Part shown: positions 62,402-64,000 of the stretch, piece by piece
Numbering within the stretch: the stretch's first letter is position 1
Layout of the letters: each line of letters begins with the position of its first letter
NCBI GenBank assembly: GCA_905236305.1
Contig: CAJOPB010000108.1
Location: forward strand, 9,968 to 73,967
Length of the DNA: 64,000 nucleotides
Source: an uncultured Oscillospiraceae bacterium
GTDB lineage: Bacteria; Bacillota; Clostridia; Oscillospirales; Oscillospiraceae
Direction of reading: 5' to 3'
Notes under the pieces: model-generated
Told to the model about the DNA's origin: nothing
What the model saw: only the letters and a program-made list of their open reading frames with translations
Database searches by the model: none
Program-made: the position numbers and the translations under genes

Positions 62402-64000
62402 ATGCAGATTACGCAAATTAAAATCAATGGCATCCGAGAGCCGATGGGCTATGCGCTGCCCACACTCAGCGTCTCCTTCAAGGTGACGGAAACAGAGAGC
62501 AAAAAGCCGGAGAATATCCGGGTGGCGCTCTGTCAGGCAGGTGATACGCAGCCGCTTTGCCTGCGGGAGGGCCCGGAGTTGTCCTGGACGGGCGTGACTT
62601 TGGATACTGCGGGGCTGAAGCCGCGCACTGCTTATACAGTGCTGATCCATGTCAAAGGGGACCGGGGAGACTGCGCCCAGGCGGAGACCCGTTTCGAAAC
62701 AGGAAAGCTGAACGAGCCATGGAGGGCGGAGTGGATTGCTGCCGCGAGAGGTGACAGCTGCCATCCGTTTCTTCGGAAACGGATTCAGGTCAGGCCGGGG
62801 CTTACGCGGGGCAGACTCTATGCCACAGGCGTCGGAATGTTTGAAGCATTTGTCAATGGAGACCGGCTGGGAGAAGCGTATTTCAAACCGGGGATTACCA
62901 ATTACGAGACACGTCTGCAGGTGATCACCTTCCCGGTCGAGACGCTTCTGCCGGGGGAGAACGAGCTTTCCTTCCTGCTGGGCAAGGGCTGGTATATGGG
63001 CGCTTTCGGGCTGGAGAACGCGGAGAACAATTTCGGCGACCGCATGGCCATGCTTGCAGAGCTGCATCTGGACTACGACGACGGCACCCATGAGGTGATC
63101 TGTACCGATGACAGCTTTGCGTATTGCGCTTCACAGGTGACGGACTCCGGGATTTATTTCGGGGAGATTCTGGACCGGACCGTGCGGGATGCAGTGTGGA
63201 AGACCGTGTCGGTTATTTCCGACCCTGCCGCTGCACCGGGCACAGCCAATCTGGTCAAGGAGCATCTGAAGGATTGCCTGAGCCTGCCCGTTGTCGTGAA
63301 GGAAATACTGCCGGTCCGGGAGATCATTACGACTCCAAAAGGGGAGACCGTTCTGGACTTTGGTCAGAATTTTGCCGGCTTTCCTGAATTCGACGCTGCG
63401 TTTCCGGCGGGAACCCGGATTACCCTCGACTTTGGAGAGATTTTGCAGCAGGGCAGCTTCTATCGGGACAATTACCGGGAGGCACGATCGCAGTTTTGCT
63501 ATATTTCCGACGGACGGCAGGAGACCGTGCGGCCGCATTTCACGTTTTACGGTTTCCGCTATGTCAAAATCACAGGGTGGGTGGGCCCGTTGACAAAGGA
63601 CATGTTCCGAGGCTGCGTCCTCTACTCCGACATGGACCGCACCGGCTGGCTGCACACGGGCAACGAAAAAATTGACCGGCTCTATGAAAATACACTCTGG
63701 GGCCTCAAGTCAAACTTTATTGATATGCCCACCGACTGCCCGCAGCGCAATGAGCGCCTGGGCTGGACCGGCGATGCCCAGATCTTTGCACCTACTGCCA
63801 GCTATCATATGGATACACAGGCATTTTTTCACAAGTTTGAACAGGATCTGATAGACGAGCAGGCATTTTTGGACGGAGCGGTGCCGAATTATGTGCCGAA
63901 CTTCGGGCACAAGAGAGACGCCGCCAGTGCGTGGGGAGATATTGGTACGCTGCTGCCCATGACGCTGTGGAGATATTACGGCAATCGTGACGAGCTGGCT
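62402..64000 (+). CDS. GH78 alpha-L-rhamnosidase, partial (continues beyond the window)
   Basis: The frame is open from ATG 62402 (GGGAGGAA SD) to position 64000. It is not in the ORF track because it has no stop in the window. My translation reads MQITQIKINGIREPMGY...RLYATGVGMFEAFVNGDRLGEAYFKPGITNYETRLQV...GKGWYMG...IDMPTDCPQRNERLGWTGDAQIF. Confidence 0.85.
   Translation, partial: MQITQIKINGIREPMGYALPTLSVSFKVTETESKKPENIRVALCQAGDTQPLCLREGPELSWTGVTLDTAGLKPRTAYTVLIHVKGDRGDCAQAETRFETGKLNEPWRAEWIAAARGDSCHPFLRKRIQVRPGLTRGRLYATGVGMFEAFVNGDRLGEAYFKPGITNYETRLQVITFPVETLLPGENELSFLLGKGWYMGAFGLENAENNFGDRMAMLAELHLDYDDGTHEVICTDDSFAYCASQVTDSGIYFGEILDRTVRDAVWKTVSVISDPAAAPGTANLVKEHLKDCLSLPVVVKEILPVREIITTPKGETVLDFGQNFAGFPEFDAAFPAGTRITLDFGEILQQGSFYRDNYREARSQFCYISDGRQETVRPHFTFYGFRYVKITGWVGPLTKDMFRGCVLYSDMDRTGWLHTGNEKIDRLYENTLWGLKSNFIDMPTDCPQRNERLGWTGDAQIFAPTASYHMDTQAFFHKFEQDLIDEQAFLDGAVPNYVPNFGHKRDAASAWGDIGTLLPMTLWRYYGNRDELA

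Overview
This 64-kb segment looks chromosomal and probably comes from a moderately GC-rich, spore-forming Clostridia-class Firmicute. That is an inference from spmA/spmB, several SLH-anchored surface proteins, a tungsten-type aldehyde:ferredoxin oxidoreductase, strong AGGAGG Shine-Dalgarno sites and many 4-bp ATGA stop/start overlaps.

I call 47 protein-coding genes. Two run off the window edges and are therefore missing from the supplied ORF track: a molybdopterin oxidoreductase at 1-2716 (-) and a second GH78 rhamnosidase at 62402-64000 (+).

Gene content, left to right:
- Mo-oxidoreductase and a LysR regulator
- ArsR-regulated cadmium/zinc P-type ATPase operon
- Tyrosine recombinase-MBOAT-DHHW operon
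- Aminotransferase
- CUT1 sugar ABC importer, galE and a Na/Pi-PhoU transporter
- LUD-AOR-MoaD-(polyferredoxin::ADH)-lipoprotein operon
- MATE-mazG-fumC operon
- GH26 hydrolase with galK and galT
- Housekeeping block: ypsA-like, SLH-SGNH esterase, trmB, xth, dusB, ECF sigma/anti-sigma, spmAB, rpmE, murC and a K+ channel
- A 1047-aa SLH surface protein
- A 14.5-kb glycan-utilisation locus: GH2, GH3, GPH symporter, AraC, GH65, GH43 and two GH78

I saw no rRNA, tRNA, CRISPR array, transposase, phage genes or recognisable defence genes, and I cannot point to a clear-cut new system.

The signals the gene list does not explain:
1. A modular family of near-perfect hairpin repeats, resembling BIME/REP elements, that fills most long intergenic spacers. 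At least five module types recur in different combinations.
2. The AOR operon, whose alcohol dehydrogenase carries four N-terminal [4Fe-4S] motifs.
3. A recombinase translationally coupled to a polysaccharide O-acyltransferase pair.
4. Several consensus promoters whose -10 box overlaps the first ATG of the ORF, which implies leaderless or non-ATG starts.
5. Terminator-like structures inside two 5' leaders.

The many 300-580-aa ORFs lying antisense to recognised genes are treated as GC-driven artefacts. All family assignments come from motif recognition by eye. No database search was run.
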